Shown: piece by piece, positions 47,059-56,720 of the stretch
How positions within the stretch are numbered: position 1 is the stretch's first letter
Layout of the letters: every line of letters begins with the position of its first letter
Origin: an uncultured bacterium
Lineage (GTDB): Bacteria > Methylomirabilota > Methylomirabilia > Rokubacteriales > DASRDR01
Length of the DNA stretch: 64,000 nt
Assembly: GCA_964416315.1 (NCBI GenBank)
Contig: CAYQDR010000006.1
Coordinates: 6,540-70,539 of the forward strand
Reading direction: 5' to 3'
Made by a program: the position numbers and the translations under genes
Notes under the pieces: generated by a model
What the model was told of the DNA's origin: nothing
Database searches by the model: none
The model's input: the letters and a program-made list of their open reading frames with translations, nothing else

Positions 47059-48999
47059 ATGGCCAAGAGCCGCACTAAGAAAGCGCTGCCGAAGCGGCAG
47101 AAGCCTGTCGCTCGGAAACCGGCACTCACGCCGAGCTTCGCGAAAAAGCAGGAGGTCGCCATCACGGCGGCCAAGGGCCGGCCGATGCTCACGTGGGTCG
47201 GCAAGCGGCCTCTGCGAAATGTCGTCGCCTTCCCCGCCCAGCATGTCGAGACCTACGACCCCTCCGGCGACGCCGCCAAGCGTGGTGGCGACGTTTGGAA
47301 GGACTGGCCGGAAGCCTACCCGCGGGGCGGGCTCCTCTTCCACGGCGACAACAAGGAGGTGCTGGCGCATCTCCTGGCGAACGGCTTCCGAGGCAAGGTC
47401 AACCTGATCTATATCGACCCACCCTTCGACTCCGGTGCCGACTACGTGCGGAAAGTGAGCCTGCGCGGACCGAGGGGGACTGCCAAGCTCGACGGCGAAG
47501 GTTACACGCTCGGGGAACAGCTCCAGTACACCGACATCTGGGCCAACGACAACTACCTCCAGTTCATGTACGAGCGGCTTCTGCTACTGAAAGAGCTCCT
47601 GGCTGATGGTGGCTCCATTTTCCTCCACTGTGACAGTACTAAGGGCCATCATCTCCGCTGTCTAATGGACGAAGTCTTTGGAGCCGAAAAGTTCCTCAAT
47701 GAGATCGTTTGGAGCTATCGGCGGTGGCCGGCGGACACCGACTCATTTCAGTCGATGCACGACACAATTCTCTACTACGTCGTGGAAATCTCCAAGAAGC
47801 GTACCTTCCATCGCATGTATGAAGAAGCATCCGAAAGCTATCTCAGGCGATTCGGCGGCAAGACTCAGAAGCTCGACGAAGAGACCGGGACGCGAAAGAT
47901 CACCCTCGATCAGGAAACGAAAGGCATGCCTTTGCGCGACGTATGGGAGATATCCATAGTCGCCGGCTTCAAAGGGGAGCGGACCCAGTACCCAACCCAA
48001 AAGCCAGAGGAACTTGCCGCAAGAATCATAGAGGCCTGCTCTAACCCTGGGGATGTCGTTCTAGACTCTTTCGTCGGGTCTGGTACCACTGCGGCGGCTG
48101 CGCAGAGGCTAGGGCGCCGCTGGATTGCTTGCGACATCAACAAAGGCGCGATCCAGACCACGAGCAAGCGCCTCCAGACGATCATCGAGGAGCAGATCAA
48201 GCACGCGGCGAAAGGCCGGCAGGGTGCGTTAGCCGACGTCCCGGAGGGAAAAGAAGAGCAGGTCGAGTCCGCGCAACTTACTTTCTCAGTCTACCGGGTC
48301 AACGACTACGACCTGGCGATCCAGCACCAGGAGGCCGTCAACCTCGCCTGCGAGCACATCGGCGTGACGCGGATGCGGACCGACCGCTACTTCGATGGAA
48401 CCCTCGGCAAGAAGCTCGTCAAGGTTGTCCCGTTCTCGCACCCGCTGACGCTGCTGGACCTCGAGGAGCTCAAGCGCGAGCTGGACGCGCGGCCGGGCGA
48501 AGAGCGCGACGTCGTGCTCGTGTGCCTCGGCAAGGAGCCCGCCGCCGACGCCTGGATCGAGGACTGGGACCGCTTCCGAAGAGGCAAGACCGCGGTGAAC
48601 CGGATCGAGGTCATCGAGCTCCGGACAGATCCGAAATATGGCAAGTTCTTCCAGCACCAGCCGGCCAGAGCCAGGGTCAAGGCGGTCCGAAAGAACGACA
48701 CGCTAATGGTCCACATCGAGGACTTCATCTCGCCGAGCATCATTGAGCGTCTCCACAAGCAGGCCGGACTCCTCAAGCCGAAGATCGACGACTGGCGGGC
48801 GATGGTGGACTGCGTGATGCTCGACCTCGACTACGACGGCAAGGTCTTCCGGATCGGCCTCTCCGACGTGCCGGAACGGAAGACCGACCTGGTCGCCGGT
48901 CGCTACGAGATCCCGGCGGTCCGGAACGGCGCGACCGTGGCGGTCAAGATCATCGACATGCTCGGGGAGGAAGTCCTCGTTACCCTTCCCGCGAGTTGA
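47059..48999 (+). CDS. site-specific DNA methyltransferase, beta-class N6A/N4C (Type III Mod-like) with ~250-aa C-terminal extension
   Basis: motif IV IYIDPPFDSG before motif I FVGSGTT; ATG with SD-like GAGGGTCGAGG. Confidence 0.85.
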   Translation: MAKSRTKKALPKRQKPVARKPALTPSFAKKQEVAITAAKGRPMLTWVGKRPLRNVVAFPAQHVETYDPSGDAAKRGGDVWKDWPEAYPRGGLLFHGDNKEVLAHLLANGFRGKVNLIYIDPPFDSGADYVRKVSLRGPRGTAKLDGEGYTLGEQLQYTDIWANDNYLQFMYERLLLLKELLADGGSIFLHCDSTKGHHLRCLMDEVFGAEKFLNEIVWSYRRWPADTDSFQSMHDTILYYVVEISKKRTFHRMYEEASESYLRRFGGKTQKLDEETGTRKITLDQETKGMPLRDVWEISIVAGFKGERTQYPTQKPEELAARIIEACSNPGDVVLDSFVGSGTTAAAAQRLGRRWIACDINKGAIQTTSKRLQTIIEEQIKHAAKGRQGALADVPEGKEEQVESAQLTFSVYRVNDYDLAIQHQEAVNLACEHIGVTRMRTDRYFDGTLGKKLVKVVPFSHPLTLLDLEELKRELDARPGEERDVVLVCLGKEPAADAWIEDWDRFRRGKTAVNRIEVIELRTDPKYGKFFQHQPARARVKAVRKNDTLMVHIEDFISPSIIERLHKQAGLLKPKIDDWRAMVDCVMLDLDYDGKVFRIGLSDVPERKTDLVAGRYEIPAVRNGATVAVKIIDMLGEEVLVTLPAS

Positions 49000-49031
49000 G
49001 CCCGCCCTCGCGGCGGATCGGGCGGCGCCAA

Positions 49032-49307
49032 CTACAAGTCGCCCTTGAGCCAGGCCCGGTAGGCGTCGAACCACTCTGCGCCGACCGGCGGCCGATCCGC
49101 CCATTCGAGGGCGGTGACGCCGACCCGGTAAGTCCGTCCCTTGCGCCGGCAGATGGCCCTGAACGGGCAGGCGACGCGATCCTCAAGCATCACCAGGAAT
49201 GCGCCGTGCTGCCGGTCCGCTCCATAAGCGTCGACGAGGACCTCCCCGATCAGTTGACGGAGGCGGGCTCTGCCCGTCCTGCCTTTCCGGCTCAACTCAG
49301 CGGACAC
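49032..49307 (-). CDS. hypothetical protein (91 aa)
   Basis: ORF overlapping end of upstream 538-aa gene by 16 nt; no family recognised. Confidence 0.45.
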   Translation of the reverse strand: MSAELSRKGRTGRARLRQLIGEVLVDAYGADRQHGAFLVMLEDRVACPFRAICRRKGRTYRVGVTALEWADRPPVGAEWFDAYRAWLKGDL

Positions 49308-50908
49308 CCTTCCGCCTCGAGCTTCCTCCAGATGAGCCGCTTCCTCCCGTGGCGCTGCCGGAGGTGCCGCAGGAGATCCGCCCAGAACCGTGGCTCACCG
49401 ACCAGCCGGGACAGCTCGGCGACGATGGCGCAGTAGTGGGCGGCCGGCGCCGCGCGTGACGGCCTGCCGGAGTCGAGATGCAGATCCACGAGTCGCTGGT
49501 ACATGGCGGCGGCGAGGCGCGCGTACTCGGCGCGGCTAGCGGTCCCGGGTCGCTCGAGGATGAGGCGAAGCCAGTCGTACGGTTCCTCCCGGTCGCGTCC
49601 CAGCCGGCGTTGAAGCTCCCTAAGCTTCGGGAACGCGGTGAGGTCCGCTCCGTCCGAGGCTTTGGCAACGGCGTACTTGGCCACGAGTTTCAGCTCGTCG
49701 AAGCCCATCCGACCCTGCCGGCCGGCGATCCCGTCGAAGACCTCGCGCTCCCGGCCCTCGGCCAGGAGAATGCGTGTCTTGAGCCCCGTCACGTGCCACG
49801 CCCCTTCTCCGGGCCGAGTCGCCGTCCGCAGCAGCCGCGCCAATACCGCGTCCCAGTTGGAGAGGGCCTCCGACTGCCGCCTCAGCGCCGCGAAGGCTGC
49901 GGCGTCGGGCTCCCTGAGAAACTGTGCGACCCGGGCCTCCTGGGCCGCCGACCGGTCCCCGAGGGCCTCCCGGGCCCGGATGAGGGCCGTGGCGAACTTC
50001 CCGTGGTGGCCGAACGTCCTGACCCCCACCTCAGCCAGCCTGGCCACCCCGGCCCAGTCCATCTTCCGCTCGTACTGGGAGAGCACCTCCTCCAGGTACA
50101 CGGCGTTCCGGGGCGCGAAGCGCTCCTTTAGGGCCAGGACCTCGGCCCGGTTGCGTCCGACCGTGGCCAGGGCGATGAGGCCGTCCACCTCGGTGGGACA
50201 GTCCGGCCGATCGGTCCTCAGGGCGCCCTCCGCTGCTGCGGTCAGCCGCATCTTGAGCCGCTCGCGGCCGTCCGCGTCCAAAGCCCTGGCCAATCCGGTG
50301 AAGCCCCCCCGGTATCCGAACTTCTTCGCGAGCGGCAGGATCTCGGTAATGACCCCCTCCACACCTCCGCGGCACGCCACCAGGCTCCGGGTGTAGCCCT
50401 CGACCACCCGGGCGAAGTCCAGGGCGATGGCGTCCTCCGGGGCTCCGTGATTGCCGAGAATGTCCGTCGTCTCCCCGGCCTCGGCCAGAAGCCCCAGTAG
50501 CAGGGCATAGGCTCTGACCGCTGCTGCGTGTTGCCCTGATCGGGTGAGCTCCAGCGCCCGGCTCATGAAGTCGGTGAAGAGCTCGACCCACTCTCCGAAC
50601 GCCTCCGACTCGTCCCCCTCGTCGCCCGGGTCAGACCACTCATCCTCAGGGATCCAGGAGACGAAGGCGCCCGAACGGGATTGCGCGCAAAAGTCTTCGA
50701 TTTCCTCGAGGAGCGCCCCCGGCCGGGAGCGTGAAGTCGAGCCCTTCGACCCGCGCGGCAGGTGCTCGCGGACCCACCGCGTCTGTCGGTGGGACGGCAG
50801 ATTGGCGATCTGCTCGGCCAGCAGCTCGGCGAGCTTCGCTTCGCCGAGGCGCGCCAGGTCGGCCTTCCGAACCGCCGCTCGACCGGGGCCGACCCTCCTT
50901 CGTGGCAT
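49292..50908 (-). CDS. hypothetical alpha-helical protein (538 aa), unknown function
   Basis: GAGAGGG SD before ATG 50908; GC3-rich; acidic stretch WSDPGDEGDESE; no family recognised. Confidence 0.55.
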   Translation of the reverse strand: MPRRRVGPGRAAVRKADLARLGEAKLAELLAEQIANLPSHRQTRWVREHLPRGSKGSTSRSRPGALLEEIEDFCAQSRSGAFVSWIPEDEWSDPGDEGDESEAFGEWVELFTDFMSRALELTRSGQHAAAVRAYALLLGLLAEAGETTDILGNHGAPEDAIALDFARVVEGYTRSLVACRGGVEGVITEILPLAKKFGYRGGFTGLARALDADGRERLKMRLTAAAEGALRTDRPDCPTEVDGLIALATVGRNRAEVLALKERFAPRNAVYLEEVLSQYERKMDWAGVARLAEVGVRTFGHHGKFATALIRAREALGDRSAAQEARVAQFLREPDAAAFAALRRQSEALSNWDAVLARLLRTATRPGEGAWHVTGLKTRILLAEGREREVFDGIAGRQGRMGFDELKLVAKYAVAKASDGADLTAFPKLRELQRRLGRDREEPYDWLRLILERPGTASRAEYARLAAAMYQRLVDLHLDSGRPSRAAPAAHYCAIVAELSRLVGEPRFWADLLRHLRQRHGRKRLIWRKLEAEGCPLS

Positions 50909-50922
50909 CCCGGCCCTCTCGC

Positions 50923-51602
<680 letters not shown>

Positions 51603-51606
<4 letters not shown>

Positions 51607-53090
51607 CGGCGCGCGAACACGGCGGCCCCGGTCCCGGCGAGCTGGCCGAACGTGGCCCCCGCCATGAGCCCGGCGCCTCCGGGGTAGTTGTAGTAGAACA
51701 GGCCGCCGACCAGCTCCCCGGCGGCATAGAGACCGGGGACGGGGCGATCCTCCGTGTCCAGGACGGCGGCGTCCGCGTTCACCCGGAGGCCCCCGAACGT
51801 GAACGTGATCCCGCACGTGACACCGTAGGCGACGTAGGGCGGGCTGTCGAGCCGCTGGGCCCAGTTCGACTTGGGCGGCGTGATCCCCCGGGTGCCCTTG
51901 CCGTCCAGGACCGACGGATCGAAGGGCTTGTCCTCGACGGCGAGGTTGAACTCCCGGACCGTCCGGACGAGACCGGCCACGTCGACCTCGCAGCGTCGCG
52001 CCAGCTCCTCGATCGTGCCGGCCTCGACCTTCGTGACCCGGCGGATCCGGTACTCTTCGCGCAGGAGCGGGACGACCTTCTGGTCGAAGATCTGCCAGCC
52101 CGCGCGGCCCGGCTGCTTGAGGACCTCGCGGCCGTATCTCGCGTACGTGTAGTTCCGGTAGTCGGCGCCCTCGTCCACGAAGCGCTCCCCGCGGAGGTTC
52201 ACCACGATCCCGAGGGGGTAGGAGTGCTTCTGGAAGAGGTCGAGCACCGTCCGATCGCCGAACTCCGGCGCGTTGAGGTCCCACTGGACGGCGTGGCACG
52301 ACGACCAGTGCCCGTAGGGCTGGGCGCCGATCTCCAGCGCCATGCGGATCCCGTCCCCGGTGTTGTGTCGCGTCCCGCGGACGCGGGCCAGCTCCCAGTC
52401 GGGCCCGAGGTAGCGGGTGCGCCACTCCGGGTTCGCCTCGAACCCGCCGCAGGCGAGGACGACCGCCCGCGCGGCGATCTCCTCGAACTCCTCGGGCCCG
52501 CGGGCGACGACACCCGTCACGGCGCCGCGCCGATCCACGAGCAGCCGGCGCGCGCCGGTCCCGTAGCGCACTTCGACGCCGACGCGGGCCGCGCGGTCGT
52601 AGAGGGCCTGGACGAGCCCGGCCCCACCCCCCACTGCCTCGACCGCCAGCCCACCCCAGAACCGGTGGCGCTCGCCGACTCTGAACGACTGGCGGCTCAG
52701 CATCAGGATCCAGCGCACCCCCTGACTCCGCATCCAGACCACCGTCGCCCGCGAGCGTCGGACCAGGAGGTCGGCGAGGTCCGGGTTGGCGCAGGCGTCG
52801 GTGAGCCGCATCAGGTCGTCGTAGAACGCCTCCTCGGGGTACGGCGGCACCTCGGCGGCCAGCGCTTCGGCTTCGGTGAGGTCGGGCAGGACGTCACGGC
52901 GGAGGTCCTCGAGCCCCCGGTGGGCGAACCGGAAGGCTCCCGCGGTGAACAGCGAGTTCCCCCCGCGCTCGACCTCGGCCGCCTTCTCGAGGACGAGGAC
53001 GCGCGCTCCCTGCTCGCGCGCCGCGAGCGCCGCGCACAGCGCCGCATTCCCACCCCCCACGACAATGACGTCGTACGCGCGATCCGTCAT
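51603..53090 (-). CDS. FAD-binding oxidoreductase (fumarate reductase/succinate dehydrogenase flavoprotein-like, TcuA-like)
   Basis: YDVIVVGGGNAALCAALAA dinucleotide fold, C-terminal LYAAGE motif. Confidence 0.8.
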
Positions 53091-53168
53091 GGCACGCTAA
53101 GTCGCGGCCGCCACGGGTGGCGCCGGGTGAGCCGCAGAGCGCCGCGCGGAGTGGGACCCCTTTAGCTT

Positions 53169-53196
53169 CCTCCCGCGATTCGGCGAATCGCGGGAG
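53169..53196. repeat. perfect 14-bp-arm palindrome CCTCCCGCGATTCG-G-CGAATCGCGGGAGG
   Basis: read directly in intergenic gap between permease and FAD oxidoreductase genes. Confidence 0.5.
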
Positions 53197-53268
53197 GAGG
53201 TAAACGGGTGACGGAGCGCGGCGCGGCTGTCGGCGAGCCCGGCGACAGGACCCGTGGCGGCCATGGCT

Positions 53269-54462
53269 CTACGCGCCGCGGCGGATCGCCTCGGCCGGCG
53301 GCAGCCGGAGGATCCGCGTCGTCGCGTAGGTCCCCGCGATCACGCCCAGCGCCGCCGCGAAGGCCACGGCGAAGGCGAGGAGGCGCCCGGTGAAGAGGAA
53401 GAGCTGCTGCCCCGCCTGGGCCGCCCGTGCGTCCACGGCCACCCCGGCGCCGAGCGCGAGGAGCGTGCCGAGGACACCCCCCGACAGGCTCACGACGAGG
53501 CTCTCGCGCAGGACCTCCCCGAGGAGCTGGACGTCCGTCGCGCCGAGGGCCTGCTTGATCCCGAAGTCGCGGAGCCGCTCGAACATGGACGCCGCCATCG
53601 TGTTGGAGAGCGACAACCCGCCCACCAGGAGCCCGATGCCCCCGACGCCGGCGAGGAGCCAGGTGAAGAAGACAGTGGAGGCGGCGAGCCGGCGCGCGAC
53701 CTCGCCGGGCGGGGCCACGTTCACCCCCGGCACCTCGCGCCGGATCCGCGCGGCGAGGGCGTCCGCGTCCACGCCGGGCGCCCACCCCACCGCGGCGCCC
53801 GTGTTCAGGTCCTCGCGCGCCACCGGACCGCCCGGCGCGAAGAGGAACCGGACAGTCGGGTCCAGGGCGAGCCAGAGGTCGCGCGCGTCCTCGAGGGGGA
53901 CGATCGCGAAGCGATCCGGGGCCGTGAGCAGGCGCTCGAGGATGCCCACGACCTCGAGCTCCCGATCGCCGACGCGGAGCCGGTCGCCGGGGCGGAGGCC
54001 GCGGGCCGCAGCGAAGTCCGCGCCCACGACGGCGCGGCCCCGATCGGCCGGGGCCAGGAACCGGCCGCGGGCGACCGGCAGCGTCGGGTAGTTCCGGTTC
54101 GGCGTCGGCACCGTCAGATCCACCCCCAGCACGAGCTCCTGGTTGATGCTGAACAGCTCGGAGGTCGCGGGATCGACCGGCACCATGACCTGCGCCTGGA
54201 CGACGCGAACGCCGGGGACCGCCCGGATCGCCTCGAGGGTGCGCCGGGGGAGGAGCCCGCCCGCGGTGAAGCCGGCGCCGCTCCCGATCCCCGCGCCCGC
54301 GACCGAGATCTGGCCAAGCACGAACCGGTGGCCGCCCTCGATGAAGCGGCTGATCCGCTCGGCGAGCGCCCCGAGCGCGACGAGACCGGCCATCCCGACG
54401 GCGATGCCCGTGATGGCGAACAGGTAGCCACGGGGCCACAGGCGTCGGGGAAGAGCCGGCAT
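53269..54462 (-). CDS. ABC transporter permease, FtsX/MacB-like
   Basis: N-terminal TM, large periplasmic domain, C-terminal 3-TM FtsX-like region; start ATG 54462 (SD too close) vs 54540 uncertain. Confidence 0.7.
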   Translation of the reverse strand: MPALPRRLWPRGYLFAITGIAVGMAGLVALGALAERISRFIEGGHRFVLGQISVAGAGIGSGAGFTAGGLLPRRTLEAIRAVPGVRVVQAQVMVPVDPATSELFSINQELVLGVDLTVPTPNRNYPTLPVARGRFLAPADRGRAVVGADFAAARGLRPGDRLRVGDRELEVVGILERLLTAPDRFAIVPLEDARDLWLALDPTVRFLFAPGGPVAREDLNTGAAVGWAPGVDADALAARIRREVPGVNVAPPGEVARRLAASTVFFTWLLAGVGGIGLLVGGLSLSNTMAASMFERLRDFGIKQALGATDVQLLGEVLRESLVVSLSGGVLGTLLALGAGVAVDARAAQAGQQLFLFTGRLLAFAVAFAAALGVIAGTYATTRILRLPPAEAIRRGA

Positions 54463-54598
54463 CCCTCCGGTGCTACGCGTCGGCGCGTCGGGCCGTCGGC
54501 ATCGGCCCCCGACCGCCTCCCACGTCCGGCGGGAATCCATCCCTGGTCCCGGCGGGGTGAGGCACGAGCGCGGCTAGGACGCAGGGAGGAGGAGGGCC

Positions 54599-54624
54599 GA
54601 GGCGTATGCCGCATACGTTGAGGC
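54599..54624. repeat. second copy of 26-bp palindromic motif GAGGCGTATGCCGCATACGTTGAGGC
   Basis: identical to 34209-34234. Confidence 0.6.
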
Positions 54625-54678
54625 CCGCCGACGACCGAGGACGACGCCGGGCGACGCGCATCGCCCCGCCGGAGCGGT

Positions 54679-55962
54679 TCACCACGTCAGGCGGGATTCC
54701 ACCGGCAGGCCGCGCCGCCGCCGGGCGCGCCGGGTGATCCGGGTGACCAGGAACACCAGCGCGAGGCGCGCCCGGAGCCAGAGCGGCCGGCGCAGGAACG
54801 CGGCGCCCGCGAGGACCGCCACCACGGCGTCCCGGAGGACCCGGGGCGGGCTCGGGGAGAGGAACACCTCGAGGAACGACGGGTCGTAGTAGCGGTCGAT
54901 GAAGTCGAAGAACAGCCGCGCCCCACCGGCAATCCGCCGCCGGTACCGGTCGAAGCGGGCGGCGCGGAAGTCGCCGCGGCGGAACCCCTCGACGACGACC
55001 CGCGAGGCCAGCTCGGCGGACTGCATCGCGATGTAGACGCCGGTCGAGAAGATCGGATCCACGAACGTCACCGCGTCCCCGATCGCCACGAAGCGGTCGC
55101 CGATCGCGGGCACGGTTCGGTACGAGAAGTTCGCCGCCGTCCACACCCCCGTCGTCCGGGTCGCCCGCGCGAGCCCCGCCCGGACGCTCGGACAGGCCGC
55201 GATCATCTCGTCGAAGAGGCGCTCGACGGGGACCTGGCGGGCCTTGACGACGCGCTGGTGCAGGACGCAGCCGATGCTGGCGAGGTCCCCCGCGAAGGGG
55301 ATCCACCAGAACCAGCCGTGCTCGAACAGGTAAATCCGGATGTGCCCCTCGAGCCGCCCCTCCCAGCGCTCCGCCCCGCGAAAATGGGCGAACAGGGCGA
55401 CCTTCCCCAGGCTCGGCATCGGCTCGCGCCGCCCGAGCCGGGTGGCGGTGAGGGCGTCCCGGCCGCTCGCGTCCACGAGGAACGCCGCCTCGACCCGGTA
55501 GGAGCCGGCATCGTCGGTCCGGACGTCGAGCCGCACGCGATCGGCTTCAACGGCGACCTCGGCCACCTCCGCCCCCTCGAAGACCGCCGCCCCCTGCTTC
55601 ATCGCGTGATCGAGGAGCAGCCGGTCGAAGTCGGCGCGCGGCACGTTGTAGGAGTGGTCGGCCATGGCCACGCGCGCCTGGAAGTTGAAGACCACCTGCC
55701 GGCCCTCGATCTCGTCGATGAACGCGGCGCCGTGCTTGCGGATGAAGCCTGCCGCCTCGAGGGCCGGCAGGAGGCCGAGGCGCTCGAAGAGGGGGACGTT
55801 GGCGGGCAGGAGCGACTCGCCGATGTGGAAGCGCGGGAAGCGCTCCCGCTCGAAGCACGCGACGTCGAGCCCGGCCCGCGCGAGGAGGGTCGCCGCCGTC
55901 GCGCCGGCCGGTCCGCCCCCGACCACGGCGACGTCGTACCGGCTCCGGATGCGGTCGGCCAT
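54679..55962 (-). CDS. FAD-dependent oxidoreductase, flavin halogenase / geranylgeranyl-reductase-like
   Basis: YDVAVVGGGPAGATAA, later GDAVTFVDPIFSTG FAD-binding motifs. Confidence 0.8.
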   Translation of the reverse strand: MADRIRSRYDVAVVGGGPAGATAATLLARAGLDVACFERERFPRFHIGESLLPANVPLFERLGLLPALEAAGFIRKHGAAFIDEIEGRQVVFNFQARVAMADHSYNVPRADFDRLLLDHAMKQGAAVFEGAEVAEVAVEADRVRLDVRTDDAGSYRVEAAFLVDASGRDALTATRLGRREPMPSLGKVALFAHFRGAERWEGRLEGHIRIYLFEHGWFWWIPFAGDLASIGCVLHQRVVKARQVPVERLFDEMIAACPSVRAGLARATRTTGVWTAANFSYRTVPAIGDRFVAIGDAVTFVDPIFSTGVYIAMQSAELASRVVVEGFRRGDFRAARFDRYRRRIAGGARLFFDFIDRYYDPSFLEVFLSPSPPRVLRDAVVAVLAGAAFLRRPLWLRARLALVFLVTRITRRARRRRGLPVESRLTW

Positions 55963-55973
55963 CCCGTCCCCCC

Positions 55974-56720
55974 CTACGACTCGCCGGCCGCGGCCGGGAC
56001 CCGACGGCGGCCGAGCCCATCCGCCGCGAGCCGGTGGCCGGCCTCGCGCCACAGCTCCCGGGCGAGATACCAGGCGATGCGGCCGCCGTCGGCCAGCGCG
56101 CGGAACCGGCTCGCCCGCTCCAGCGGGTAGATCCGGCGGATCGGCACCGAGACGAGCCCGAATCCCGCCCGGACGCCGCGCACCAGCGCCTCGGTCTCGA
56201 GCACGAACCCTTCCTCGCGGAGGGAGACGGCCCGCAGGAGCGCCGCCGGGTAGATGCGAAAGCCGCACTGCGTGTCGCGAACGTCGGCGCGGACGAGCCG
56301 CGTCACGAGCCAGTCGGCGGCGCGGATCGCCCCTCGGCGGAGCGAGGGCACGCGGTCGCCGTCCCCCGAAGCCAGCCGATCGCCGACCACGAGGGCCTCC
56401 GGGGCCGCCCGGGCCGCGGCGAGGAGGCCGGGCAGATCCGTCGGGTCGTGCTGGCCGTCGCCGTCGAGGGTCGCGACCGCGGTCGCGTTCCGCCGGAGCG
56501 CCTCGGCAAAGCCCCGGCGGAGGGCGGCGCCCTTGCCGGCGCGGCGCGGGCTGCGGAGCACGCAGGCCGCCCCGGCCGCCGCGGCGCGGACATCGCTCCC
56601 GTCGGTCGAGGCGTCGTCCACGACGATCACCGGGCAGACCTCGCGGAGCCGGCGGACGACGGCGCCCACGGTGGCCGCCTCGTTGAAGACCGGCACGACC
56701 GCGACCAGGCTGCTCATCAT
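55974..56720 (-). CDS. glycosyltransferase family 2
   Basis: VVPVFNE...VVDDASTDGS...DGDGQHDP GT-A motifs; ATGA overlap with upstream gene. Confidence 0.8.
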   Translation of the reverse strand: MMSSLVAVVPVFNEAATVGAVVRRLREVCPVIVVDDASTDGSDVRAAAAGAACVLRSPRRAGKGAALRRGFAEALRRNATAVATLDGDGQHDPTDLPGLLAAARAAPEALVVGDRLASGDGDRVPSLRRGAIRAADWLVTRLVRADVRDTQCGFRIYPAALLRAVSLREEGFVLETEALVRGVRAGFGLVSVPIRRIYPLERASRFRALADGGRIAWYLARELWREAGHRLAADGLGRRRVPAAAGES

